The notes under the pieces are model-generated. The model ran no database searches. It worked only from the letters and a program-made list of their open reading frames with translations, and had not been told where the DNA came from. The position numbers and the translations under genes were made by a program. Shown here piece by piece: positions 18,883 through 28,320 of a stretch of 64,000 nt of DNA. The stretch is taken from NCBI GenBank assembly GCA_963776245.1, contig CAVZLN010000009.1:96001-160000 (forward strand). Reading direction: 5' to 3'. The stretch is from Candidatus Eiseniibacteriota bacterium (GTDB lineage: Bacteria; Eisenbacteria; RBG-16-71-46). The stretch's first letter is position 1. The number at the start of each line of letters is the position of its first letter.

Positions 18883-19571
18883 TGCGCTCACTCTCCCGAC
18901 TGACTCTCTCGCTCACCCTGACGTGGCTCGCCACGGTCGGCCTGGCCGGTGGCTGCGAACTCTTCAGGCCCGCCACGGCCGAGGGACCCCCGCCCGCCAA
19001 GGAGCTCGTGCACGAGGACTTCAGTTCGCCCGAGGCCACGCTCGCGACCATGGTCGGCGCGGTCGCGGCCAAGGTGCCCGGGGTGCGCAGCTGGATGAAC
19101 TCGCTCGCGGACCCGCAGCGTGACAACGGCGCGGCGTTCTCGGCCCTGTTCGACGAGACCGTGGTGCTGGCGTACGGGACCGGCGCGCCCTCCTCCTGGG
19201 GGAGGACGCAGGAGGAGACGTTCTACGGGGACTTCCTCAGCAAGTGGAGGACCGGCCGGGACTCCCTCGCCTGGCGCCCGGTCGAGAACCTGCCCGATCC
19301 CGACCCCGACCCCGCGACCCCCGACCTCCGCGTGCTCATCCGAGACTACCAGGTCTGGAACGTGACGCCGCAGCCGGACGGTTCGGTCACCTACCAGCGC
19401 ATCGCCATCGGCCGCGGCTATCTCACCTTCCTTCGCAGCGGGTCAGCCTGGAGGCTGCTGCAGTGGGACGACCGCGTGGATCCGGTCATCACCGCCACGC
19501 CGCCAGCCGGCCAGTTGCAGGACCGGTCCTACTCGTGGCGGCGCCTCGAGTCCACTGGAGGAGGATCATGA
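18882..19571 (+). CDS. Uncharacterised lipoprotein (possible NTF2-like fold)
   Basis: TGATG coupling; lipobox LAGGC-ELFRP. Confidence 0.75.
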   Translation: MRSLSRLTLSLTLTWLATVGLAGGCELFRPATAEGPPPAKELVHEDFSSPEATLATMVGAVAAKVPGVRSWMNSLADPQRDNGAAFSALFDETVVLAYGTGAPSSWGRTQEETFYGDFLSKWRTGRDSLAWRPVENLPDPDPDPATPDLRVLIRDYQVWNVTPQPDGSVTYQRIAIGRGYLTFLRSGSAWRLLQWDDRVDPVITATPPAGQLQDRSYSWRRLESTGGGS

Positions 19572-20362
19572 AGACGGCGCTCCGCCTGGTCGCGTGCGGC
19601 CTGGCGCTCACGGTGCTCTCGCTGGGCCTCGCGGGGTGTTTCGATCCCTTCAGCCCTCGCATCGCGACCGGGATCGGGATCGCCCAGAAGAAGCCCGTGC
19701 CCAACACCCCCGAGGGCGTGATCCTGCTGTTCCAGTGGTGCTATCGGAATCGCGCCCTGGCCGAGTACAAGGAGATCTTCACCGACGACTACGTGTTCAC
19801 GTTCTCGGCCCTCGACCCGTTCGGCGCGCCCTATCGCGACCGTCCCTGGCGTCGCGAGGACGAACTCATCTCCGCCGAGCGCCTGTTCGTCACCGGGAAC
19901 GCGGGCGAGGAGGCCGCCACCGCCATCACCCTCAATTTCGGCAACACGCTGGTGGATTTCGCCGACGACCGCAGGGGCAAGGACCCCAGGTACCACCGCT
20001 CGGTGAACGTCCGGGTGGTCCTCGACGTGCAGCGCCCATCGGACGTCCTGAACGTGGATGGGGACGCGAAGTTCTATGTCGTGCGCGGCGATTCCGCGGC
20101 CATCCCGCCCGAGATCCATCTCCAGCCCGACTCCCTGCGCTGGTACATCGAGGGCTGGGAGGACAACACGGTCCAGTCCGCCGCCGCGGCACACGCGAGG
20201 CCGACGGCGTCGACCCCGGTCACGCGCGGCCTCCGCGCTGCGGACCCGGCGGCCGCGGCTCCGACCCACAGCCTGTCCTTCGGCCAGTTGAAGGCGCTCT
20301 ATCGCTCGGACGCCACGCTGGCCGGGGCGTCCCGGGGCAGGCTCCCCTCGCGCACGCCCTGA
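19568..20362 (+). CDS. Uncharacterised lipoprotein, paralogous to preceding gene
   Basis: GGAGG RBS and ATGA coupling; lipobox LAGC-FDPFSPR. Confidence 0.8.
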   Translation: MKTALRLVACGLALTVLSLGLAGCFDPFSPRIATGIGIAQKKPVPNTPEGVILLFQWCYRNRALAEYKEIFTDDYVFTFSALDPFGAPYRDRPWRREDELISAERLFVTGNAGEEAATAITLNFGNTLVDFADDRRGKDPRYHRSVNVRVVLDVQRPSDVLNVDGDAKFYVVRGDSAAIPPEIHLQPDSLRWYIEGWEDNTVQSAAAAHARPTASTPVTRGLRAADPAAAAPTHSLSFGQLKALYRSDATLAGASRGRLPSRTP

Positions 20363-20469
20363 CCTCCGGGGCCGCGCCGGCGGCCGGACAGGTGGTCGAG
20401 GCTTCAGCGTCCCCGGGACCCGGCGTGGGGCTCCCGCCGCGCGGGCCCAGGCACGACCGCCGCGCGGGC

Positions 20470-20502
20470 ACAAGCACGAAGGGCGCCCCGTGAAGGGCGC
20501 CC
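20470..20502 (-). terminator. Putative intrinsic terminator of porin-like gene
   Basis: GGGCGCCC-6 nt loop-GGGCGCCC hairpin (20481-20502) followed on the minus strand by TTCGTGCTTGT. Confidence 0.55.
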
Positions 20503-20527
20503 CCATGCGACCTGAAGCCGCGATCGA

Positions 20528-21934
20528 CTAGAACGAGTAGGTCGCGGAGACCCGGCCGAACAACGGGTAGCTGTTGTTCCCGAACAGGTACGTGGTCGGG
20601 TTGTGGAAGAAGTCCTCGATCAGCGTGCCGTCGAACTGCAGCGTGCCGAGCTTGACGCCCGCGCCGAGGTGCATCGAGAAGTCCGAATACGCGTACTTCG
20701 TGATCACCTCGCGCTTCAGCGGCTGCACCGGCGTCCCGCCCTGCTCGTAGGTCCGGACCTCGGTGTACTTGTCGTTGCCGAACATCACCTTGTCGCCACC
20801 GAAGCGGAGCGTGAGCCAGGGGTTCACGTGGGTCTCGAGGGCGGCGAACATCGTCGGCATCGTGCTGTACGTGTCCTTGTAACGGTACGAGTAGTACCGG
20901 CCGTCGTACCCTTCCGAGCCGAGCCGGTCGGTCTTCTGCTCGTCCACGGAGGAAGCGAACGTGAAGCCGGCCACGAACAGGTCGTTCTGGTTGAGCGTCC
21001 AGTTGCCGGCCAATCCCACCTGCCAGCCCTTCTCGGTGTGCGTGTCCAGCGTGTCCCGCGCCCGGTAGAGGGCCCCATTGACCGTCGGGTCCTGATTCGG
21101 ATGGAAGGTCGACGACAGGTCGAACGAGAACATCTTGAACACCGGGATCACCATCACGTTCGGCTGCCACTGCCACATCAGGCGGGCGGAGGCCAGATAG
21201 GCCGCGCCGCCGTCCTCTTTGAGATTCCCGTAGATGCTGCCGTCATCCATCCAGTTGTAGTAGCTGTAGTTCTTGGTCTCGAACTTCCGGCTCTCGTACA
21301 GGAAGGCCACCTCGGCCTTGGTGTTCGGGTTGAGCTCGAAGCCCAGCCCGCCACCGAAGCCCATGGAGTTCCGGTCGTAGTTGCCATCGCCCAGCAGGTT
21401 CTGCTGGTTGTAGTCGTTCTTGGTCGAGTCGGGCGTGAACTTGTGGAAGGTCCGATTCACCCGCAGTCCGAGGCTCATGGTGCCGAACTTCTTGCCCCAC
21501 ATGAGGTCGAACGCCTGGTTGTACCCGCCACTGTTCGGGTCGTAGCCCAGGAGACCGGTGTCGAGCCACGTGTTCGGGGTGCCCAGCTCGGGGGCCTGGT
21601 CGCGCATGTGGAACGAGAACGTGCCGAACTTGCCGTCCCACAGGTTCCCGAGCACCGCGCCGATGCTGCGGTCATAGGTGTACTGCCCGGCGTACTGGAC
21701 ACCCAGCTGAGGGGCCCCGCCGCCGCCGTAGTAGTCGCTCTGACCGAAGTCGCCGTACACGAGGTTGCCCACGTTCGGCACGCACGACGGGTAGGCGAAG
21801 ATGTTCGTGTAGTCCTTGATGTAGTCGCCCTGCACGTCCAGACCCTCGACGCGGGCGGCCTGGCCGAATGCCACGACCGGGAGCGCGATGGCGAGGACGG
21901 TGAGGGTCATCATCTTCTTGAGTCGAGACTGCAT
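20528..21934 (-). CDS. Outer-membrane porin-like beta-barrel protein
   Basis: Signal peptide; G/Y/F/N/D-rich alternating strands; C-terminal BAM signal GRVSATYSF; AAGGAGG RBS; lower GC than flanks. Confidence 0.8.
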   Translation of the reverse strand: MQSRLKKMMTLTVLAIALPVVAFGQAARVEGLDVQGDYIKDYTNIFAYPSCVPNVGNLVYGDFGQSDYYGGGGAPQLGVQYAGQYTYDRSIGAVLGNLWDGKFGTFSFHMRDQAPELGTPNTWLDTGLLGYDPNSGGYNQAFDLMWGKKFGTMSLGLRVNRTFHKFTPDSTKNDYNQQNLLGDGNYDRNSMGFGGGLGFELNPNTKAEVAFLYESRKFETKNYSYYNWMDDGSIYGNLKEDGGAAYLASARLMWQWQPNVMVIPVFKMFSFDLSSTFHPNQDPTVNGALYRARDTLDTHTEKGWQVGLAGNWTLNQNDLFVAGFTFASSVDEQKTDRLGSEGYDGRYYSYRYKDTYSTMPTMFAALETHVNPWLTLRFGGDKVMFGNDKYTEVRTYEQGGTPVQPLKREVITKYAYSDFSMHLGAGVKLGTLQFDGTLIEDFFHNPTTYLFGNNSYPLFGRVSATYSF

Positions 21935-22167
21935 ATTGGAAAGCCTCCTTGGCGAGAGAGAGCTGAGACGCCACGATGCAGATCAAGCCAGACTTCATGT
22001 GGCCAGTGCTACAACGCGGTCAGGTTCCGAGCCCCACCTCCTTTCAATGGATTCTTGGATGATCCCCATAACAAGCCAAATGCTCCATCACTTCCATGGG
22101 ATGGAGCTCACGCTGAAATGCCAGAACCTAGCCTCCCGGTGGAGGGTCCTGGCGAACGCCCGGACGC

Positions 22168-22197
22168 ACGGTAGGAAAGGGCACGGAAGCTTGTCAA
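22168..22197 (-). promoter_or_regulatory. Putative sigma-70 promoter of porin-like gene
   Basis: Minus strand TTGACA-N18-TACCGT. Confidence 0.55.
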
Positions 22198-23045
22198 GGC
22201 GATTCTTCCCGGGCGGGCCGGTCGGGAGCCGCTCCACGAGGCCTCCGGATGTCCACGAGTTGGATGGCCAATGCGCTGTCGTACAACGGATTGTCGCGGT
22301 CCATCGAGCCCATCCGGACGCGCCCCTGGGCATGGGCGAAGTACCCCCCGCCGAGCGCCAGTCCGACGTGGGCCACGCGTTCACCGGGCGGGGCGAAGAA
22401 CAGCAGGTCCCCGGGCGCCACCTGCGAGCCGCGCGGGAGCCTGCGGGACGCCCGGCGCTGCTGATGCGCGTCGCGCGGTAGATCCAGCCCCTGCTCCGCC
22501 ATCACCTGCTGGACGAATCCCGAACAGTCGAACCCCGCGCTGCTCCGCCCACCCCACAGGTAGGGCACCCCGAGCAGCGATTCGACGCGGGAGATGAGCG
22601 CGGGAGCCCGCTGCCGGTCGCTCGCGAGCGCCGTGGCCTCCACCCAGCCCCGGCGCCCATCGGGCAGTTCGACCTGGCGGAACCCGGCGCGCGCGCGGCC
22701 CGGGATCACCCGCGTGTTCCAGTGGAGCGGGCTCACCTGCAGGCCCGCGCCCGGCCGGGAGCGGGCCAGGACGACCGGCGTCTCCACGCGCGCGCGGGCC
22801 CGGCGGCGCCAGCTCTCCGCTCGCGCCGCGGTCGTTCCCACCAGCCCCCAGGCCCGCACCCAGCCCCGGTACCCATCGGCGTCGTTCTCGACCCGCCACC
22901 AGCGGCCGTCCCGCCCCACCCCGAGCACCCGGACGGTCTCTCCCATCAGCAGCTGGCTCCGCATCTCGCTCGCATGGTCGGGCGCGCGCCGCAGGTCGAG
23001 GACCGCGCTCGCCACCACGGCGCGAGGATGCGGAGGACCGGTCAC
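22194..23045 (-). CDS. SH3b plus NlpC/P60 (C40) peptidase, YkfC-like
   Basis: SQLLMGE and DGYRGWV SH3 motifs; PYLWGG, GFDCSG, LPRDA, HVG, HA catalytic motifs; no signal peptide. Confidence 0.9.
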   Translation of the reverse strand: MTGPPHPRAVVASAVLDLRRAPDHASEMRSQLLMGETVRVLGVGRDGRWWRVENDADGYRGWVRAWGLVGTTAARAESWRRRARARVETPVVLARSRPGAGLQVSPLHWNTRVIPGRARAGFRQVELPDGRRGWVEATALASDRQRAPALISRVESLLGVPYLWGGRSSAGFDCSGFVQQVMAEQGLDLPRDAHQQRRASRRLPRGSQVAPGDLLFFAPPGERVAHVGLALGGGYFAHAQGRVRMGSMDRDNPLYDSALAIQLVDIRRPRGAAPDRPAREESP

Positions 23046-24313
23046 TCGAACCCCGGGCCGACGAGCGTGAAGCGCCCGAACCCCTCGCGGTCGACGAACA
23101 CGAACCGGCGGCTCGGCTGGTTGTAGTACCAGATCTCGATCTGCCCGGAGACCGGGCTCGCGGGGCGGGACTCGACCTGGTCGGCCGGCCCATAGGTGAT
23201 GTAGATGCGCCCCATGTCCGAGCGCCAGCCCGGTCCGAAACCCTGGAAATGCTGCTCGGCGTAGCGCAGGCGGCGGAAGAACTCGAGCAGCGCCTCGTTG
23301 CGCGGGGTGTCGGGCGAGGGGTCGCGGCGCTTCCAGAACTCCTCCCAGCCGCGTGCCTGATCCTCGGGCGCGAGCGCCTTCAGGCGCTCGATCTCGCCGG
23401 GCTCGGCGAGGTAGGAGAGCGGCTCGAGCAGGCGCAGGAACTCCTTGCCACGGGGCGGGCCGCTCTCCTCGACCTCGAAGGACCGCTCCGCGCGCCAGCG
23501 CGAGCGACCCTCCACCAGCTCGACCTGGAACACGTAGCTCCCCAGGAACAGGTCGCTCCGCGACGGTCGCAGGACGAGCGAATCAGCGGAGTGGGCGAGC
23601 GTCACGGTCTCGGTGCCGGCGACCATCTCGTCGGCCCGGTCGTCCAGGATCCGGTAATGGAGGGGATAGGTGCGGGGCCATGCCCCGGGACGGCGGTCGA
23701 ACAGCGAGACCCGGGCGCCGAGTTGCGTCACCTCGAGACCGAATCGCCGGCCCGCGGCGGGTCGGAACCCCCCCGCCGAGTCCGCCACCCCGAGCTCGAT
23801 GTCGGAGAAGCCGAGCGGCATCTTCGCGTAGTCGGGCAGGTCGAGCGCGCTCGACACGGTCGAGAGCTCCTTCGAGTTCAGGTCGCGCACCGAGACGTCG
23901 ACCCGATAGCGCCCGGGAGGCACCGCGAGCGTGCGCCGCTCGGCGAGCGTCGCCCCGGGCTCGCGCGTGACCGCGAAGCCCCCGACGACGATGCGGCGGC
24001 TCCACACGTCGCCGAACAGGCGCCCCTTCCCACTCGGACGCAGCGCCACCGTGAACTCCGCCCCGGCCGCGTACCCCGCGGGGACCTTGAGCCACTGGAG
24101 CTCGGTGTGGGGCACGGTGATGGTCACCCCGGCGGCGGGCTGGCCCGCGGCATCCACCGAGATCGCCACGTCGGCGGTGAACTCGGGCTGGCGCGTGGCC
24201 CTCAGCGGGGCCAGGTCCTCGGCCAGCGCGGCGCGCGCGGCACCGCACGTTCCGATGAGTGCGGCGAGGAGGACGGACGCCAGTCGGCGGGCGCGAGGGC
24301 TCAGGCAGGACAC
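23042..24313 (-). CDS. GWxTD domain-containing protein
   Basis: FWKRRDPSPDTPRNE, GWRSDMGRIYITYGPAD, WYY; signal peptide; start uncertain (GTG 24313 or 24346). Confidence 0.88.
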   Translation of the reverse strand: MSCLSPRARRLASVLLAALIGTCGAARAALAEDLAPLRATRQPEFTADVAISVDAAGQPAAGVTITVPHTELQWLKVPAGYAAGAEFTVALRPSGKGRLFGDVWSRRIVVGGFAVTREPGATLAERRTLAVPPGRYRVDVSVRDLNSKELSTVSSALDLPDYAKMPLGFSDIELGVADSAGGFRPAAGRRFGLEVTQLGARVSLFDRRPGAWPRTYPLHYRILDDRADEMVAGTETVTLAHSADSLVLRPSRSDLFLGSYVFQVELVEGRSRWRAERSFEVEESGPPRGKEFLRLLEPLSYLAEPGEIERLKALAPEDQARGWEEFWKRRDPSPDTPRNEALLEFFRRLRYAEQHFQGFGPGWRSDMGRIYITYGPADQVESRPASPVSGQIEIWYYNQPSRRFVFVDREGFGRFTLVGPGFE

Positions 24314-24438
24314 GCGCGAAACGCTAGCACAGGGGGCGGGGGCCACAAAGCGTTCGAACCCACTACTGGTGGCGCCCCGGTTGTGTCATCATCGGCACGG
24401 GCCGGGAAGAGGTGGACCGACCGGGTCCCCCGTAGGAC

Positions 24439-27258
24439 ATGCTCACGAACCGACCACTCCGTTACAGCTTCGTGCGCTTGGCCGCAGCGCTCTCCTTGCT
24501 TCTCGGCGCATACCCGCTCACGGCGGGCGCCACCGCGCTCGCCCGGGGTGGCGTGTTTCCGCAGGCCGTGCGCGAGGCCTTCGACTCCGGCGTCTTCGCC
24601 GTGGGACCTCCGCCGGCGAGCGCCAGCGGCGTCGTGCAGACCGAGTGGCGGATCCCGATCGTGATGATCGCGTTCAGCGACCGGCCACTGACCTACTCCG
24701 CCGCGGACTTCGAGCCGGCGCTGTTCGACACCACGGGAGCCAACCCGCACGGAAGCGCCGCGGAGTACTGGCGCTGGGCCTCCGGTGGCCGCGTGCGCAT
24801 CAGCGGGCGGGTGGTCGCGACCGTGACCCTGCCCAACGACGTCGCCTACTACGGCGCCAACTCCTACGGTCTCAACACCACCTCCACCCCCCATAACATC
24901 TATGGCGCGATCCGCGACGCGCTCGCCGCATGCGAGGCCTCGGTGAACTGGTCGGAGTTCGACAACGATCACGATGGTTACGTCGACATGCTGTGGGTCA
25001 TCCACGCGGGCGTGGGGGGCGAAGTGGGGTTCGACCACAATTCGATGTGGTCCCTCACCTCGCGCATGTCGACGGGCTGGACGTACGGGACCCCATTCGT
25101 GACCTCGGACCCGGTTCCGGACTCCCCCTCCCAGATGATGCGGCTCGACCGCTTCTCCACCCTGCCCGAGCTGTCCCCGCAGGCGGCCGGACGGCGATCC
25201 GAGATCGGGGTCTATTGCCACGAGTTCGGCCACGCGCTCGGATTGCCCGACCTGTATGACGCCGGATCGCTGATCAGCAGCAACAACGGCCCCGGCAACT
25301 GGTCGCTCATGGCGACCGGGGGGCGCGGCGCCGACGGCGCGCACCCGGAGCGCCCGGCGCATCCCGGCGCGTGGCCGATGAAGGCGCTGGGATGGGCCAC
25401 GGCGGTGCGCCCCACGCGGGACACCACCATCACCCTGGCGCCGATCGAGACCGGCGGTCCGGTGCTCGAGGTGTGGTTCGAGGGCGAGGACTCCCCCGAG
25501 CACTTCCTGCTCGAGAACCGGCAGCGCCTCGGCTTCGACGAGTACCTGATGTCCGAGGGCCTGCTGGTCTATCACCTCGACCAGTCGGTCATCGATGCGC
25601 GCCTCGCCGCCAACCGGATCAACTCCGGCCCCACCCCGGGGCTGAAGCTGGTCGAAGCGGATGGGAACGACGACATCTACCGGGGGATCAACCGTGGCGA
25701 TGGGCGCGATCCCTTCCCGGGGAGCCTCGGAGTGACGCTCTTCGACGACAGCACGTTGCCCAGCAGCGCCACCTTCATGGGCGCGCCCACCGGCGTCTCG
25801 ATCAGCGACATCACCCCCTCCGGCGACGACATGCGATTCACCCTCCGGGTCGAGGCGCCCGGCTGGCAGCCGGTGCGCGATCGCACCGAGCCGGGCTACG
25901 CGCCGATCGAGGTCTACAGCCCGGCGCGCGCCGCCGTGGTGGACCCGGGCGGCACGATCTCGCTGGTGCGCAGCGAACTGCGCGCCGGCGTGCCGAAGGT
26001 GGTATTGCGCACCCGCCGCGACGGCGTGTGGAGCCCGGGCGAGGAGATCAGCACCTCCCCGAGTTCGGCGCTCAGCCCCAGCCTCGCGTCGCTGCCGGGG
26101 GGCGACCTCGCGGTGGCCTGGAGCGACACGCGGGGCGGGACCGCGCGCATCTACTATCGCACCCGGCTGCGCGGCACGTGGACCGCGGAGCGCCCGCTCG
26201 CGCAACTGCCCGGTGACGCCTATCGGCCGGCGCTCGCCGCGGACGCGAACGGCACCGTGTACGCCACCTGGCTCCAGGTGATCGGGCAGCGGCTGGCCGT
26301 GATGTTCATGCGTTTCGCCTACGCCTCGCCGTTCGGGACTCCGAGCGTCCTCTCCGACAGCACGCAGACCCCGGACGACCCCAGCATCACCGCCTCGGCC
26401 GGCGGGCGCGCCTACGTGATGTGGGCCGATCGGAACTCGCGCCCGCGCATGTTCTGGTTCGCCCGCTTCAGCGAGGACTCCGGGCTGAGTGCGCGCCAGA
26501 CGCTCAACCCCCTCCCGGGCCGTGATCCGGGGGCCTACTCGGGAGTCGCCGACTCGTCCGGCCGGCTCCACACAGTGTGGTTCCAGGGCTCGGGCGGCGT
26601 CAGCGAGATCCACTACCAGCGGCGCGACTTCACGGGTCTGACCTCGCTGCCCGACACCGTGATCGAGGTGCGGACCGAATCGCTCCAGAGCCCGATCCTG
26701 GAGGCGGATCCCCGCGGGGCGCTCCACCTCGCGTACGAAGCCCTGGGAATCGGGACGCAGCAGATCAAGTACAAGCGCTGGCGTGACTCGCTCGGCTGGG
26801 ATGCGCGGTCCACCACGGTGACCGCCGCCAGCGACGGCTTCGCCTACGGGCCCGCGGTGCTGCCGCTGTCGCCGGGACGCCTGACCGTGCTCTACACCAC
26901 CTACGTCGGGAGTGCCGCGGGCTTCTTCGAACGCGACCGCACACTCGATCCGCCCCCGGTGACCGCGGTGGTGCCCGAGCGCGCATCCACGGGGGTGTCG
27001 CTGGCCGCCATCCCGAATCCGGTCCGCTCGGGGGCCGCCCTCGCGCTGCACTGGAATGGCGCGGCGACCGGCGCCCCGGCCGAGGTCGAGGTGTTCGACA
27101 TCGCGGGCCGGCGGGTGGCACGAGCGCCGCTGCGCCCGGCCGCCGGCGGGAGCGTCGCGCAGTTCGAGCCCGACCGCACGGCCCGGTGGGGCGCGGGACT
27201 CTACTTCGTGCGCACGCTCGATGGCCGCGCGACCACGCGGCTGGTGGTGCTCCGTTAG
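24439..27258 (+). CDS. M6 family (immune inhibitor A-like) metalloprotease with C-terminal sorting-type domain
   Basis: Signal peptide; HEFGHALGLPDLYD, WSLMATG Met-turn, EHFLLENRQ; C-terminal PNP..VFDIAGRRV..GLYFVR..VVLR. Confidence 0.92.
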   Translation: MLTNRPLRYSFVRLAAALSLLLGAYPLTAGATALARGGVFPQAVREAFDSGVFAVGPPPASASGVVQTEWRIPIVMIAFSDRPLTYSAADFEPALFDTTGANPHGSAAEYWRWASGGRVRISGRVVATVTLPNDVAYYGANSYGLNTTSTPHNIYGAIRDALAACEASVNWSEFDNDHDGYVDMLWVIHAGVGGEVGFDHNSMWSLTSRMSTGWTYGTPFVTSDPVPDSPSQMMRLDRFSTLPELSPQAAGRRSEIGVYCHEFGHALGLPDLYDAGSLISSNNGPGNWSLMATGGRGADGAHPERPAHPGAWPMKALGWATAVRPTRDTTITLAPIETGGPVLEVWFEGEDSPEHFLLENRQRLGFDEYLMSEGLLVYHLDQSVIDARLAANRINSGPTPGLKLVEADGNDDIYRGINRGDGRDPFPGSLGVTLFDDSTLPSSATFMGAPTGVSISDITPSGDDMRFTLRVEAPGWQPVRDRTEPGYAPIEVYSPARAAVVDPGGTISLVRSELRAGVPKVVLRTRRDGVWSPGEEISTSPSSALSPSLASLPGGDLAVAWSDTRGGTARIYYRTRLRGTWTAERPLAQLPGDAYRPALAADANGTVYATWLQVIGQRLAVMFMRFAYASPFGTPSVLSDSTQTPDDPSITASAGGRAYVMWADRNSRPRMFWFARFSEDSGLSARQTLNPLPGRDPGAYSGVADSSGRLHTVWFQGSGGVSEIHYQRRDFTGLTSLPDTVIEVRTESLQSPILEADPRGALHLAYEALGIGTQQIKYKRWRDSLGWDARSTTVTAASDGFAYGPAVLPLSPGRLTVLYTTYVGSAAGFFERDRTLDPPPVTAVVPERASTGVSLAAIPNPVRSGAALALHWNGAATGAPAEVEVFDIAGRRVARAPLRPAAGGSVAQFEPDRTARWGAGLYFVRTLDGRATTRLVVLR

Positions 27259-28312
27259 CCGCGCGCTCCGCGGCGCGCTGGCGCTCGCGCTGGCGCTCGC
27301 GGCGACGTCCGCGCGCGCGCAGGAGTCCCCGCTCCTCGGCGGCTACCTGCCGCTCGACGGGGAGCGACTGGAACACTGGGGCTGGAGCGGCGCGTGGGTC
27401 TTCCCGGTCGGCGACCGCTTCGACTACACCCGCGCCGACGATGGCGGGGACGGCGGATTCACGCTGCTGCGCGGCGTGCAACGCGAGGGCCGCGGACACA
27501 CCGGCGCCGACCTCGGGGACGGGCACGCGGGCGGGCCGGTGCGCGCCGCGGCCGCGGGCCTGGTGGTGCGCGTGTCGGACGCGGCGGGCGGGTACGGTCG
27601 CCACGTGGTGCTCGCGCACCGGCTCGCCGACGGCGGCCTCGCCTACACCGTGTACGCCCATCTCGGCCCCGGCGGCCCCCCGCTGCAGGCCGGCGAGGCC
27701 GTGGGCGTGGGCCAGCCCATCGGGGTGGTGGGACGGAGCGGGCGCGCGAGCACCGACCACCTCCACTTCGAGGTGCGGCGGCCCGTGGGAATCGGCGAGC
27801 GGTGGGAGAAGGCGCCCGCCGTGGACCCGCTCGCGTTCGTGGCCGAGCGGCTCCCCGCACCGATCGACGGCTGGTCCGCGCCCCTCGTGATGTGGGGCGA
27901 GGGCGGGGACCTGGTGCGGGGGGACGACGACCCGGGCGGGCCGCTGGCGCGCTCGGCGTGGTGGCGCATGCTGTGGCGCAGTGCGCGCCACCGCGGGGAC
28001 CTGCTTCCGGACGGCCCCCGCTCGCTCGGCGAGGCGCTGGTCGCGGCAAGCGTGCTGCCCGAGGGGGGCCGGAGGTCGCGCACCGACGTGGTGACGTGGG
28101 ACGAACTCGTGCGCGACCTCGAGCGCCTGCGCACGCTCGGGCTGCGGCTGGCCCCGGCGCCCCCGGCCGCGGCCGAATTGCGCGCCTGGTGCGAACGGGA
28201 GCTGGGGGCGCCGCGGCCAGGCCGTGAGCCCGGGCCGCTCCGGCACCGCCGCGGCACCGGACCCACCATGACCCAGGCGCTGCTCGCTCTGGCCGACCTC
28301 GCCAGCCCCTAG
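27221..28312 (+). CDS. M23 family metallopeptidase with C-terminal extension
   Basis: HTGAD (HxxxD), GYGRHV, YAHL, HLHFEVR; signal peptide ..ARA/QES; start uncertain. Confidence 0.85.
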   Translation: MAARPRGWWCSVSRALRGALALALALAATSARAQESPLLGGYLPLDGERLEHWGWSGAWVFPVGDRFDYTRADDGGDGGFTLLRGVQREGRGHTGADLGDGHAGGPVRAAAAGLVVRVSDAAGGYGRHVVLAHRLADGGLAYTVYAHLGPGGPPLQAGEAVGVGQPIGVVGRSGRASTDHLHFEVRRPVGIGERWEKAPAVDPLAFVAERLPAPIDGWSAPLVMWGEGGDLVRGDDDPGGPLARSAWWRMLWRSARHRGDLLPDGPRSLGEALVAASVLPEGGRRSRTDVVTWDELVRDLERLRTLGLRLAPAPPAAAELRAWCERELGAPRPGREPGPLRHRRGTGPTMTQALLALADLASP

Positions 28313-28320
28313 TCCAGCAC

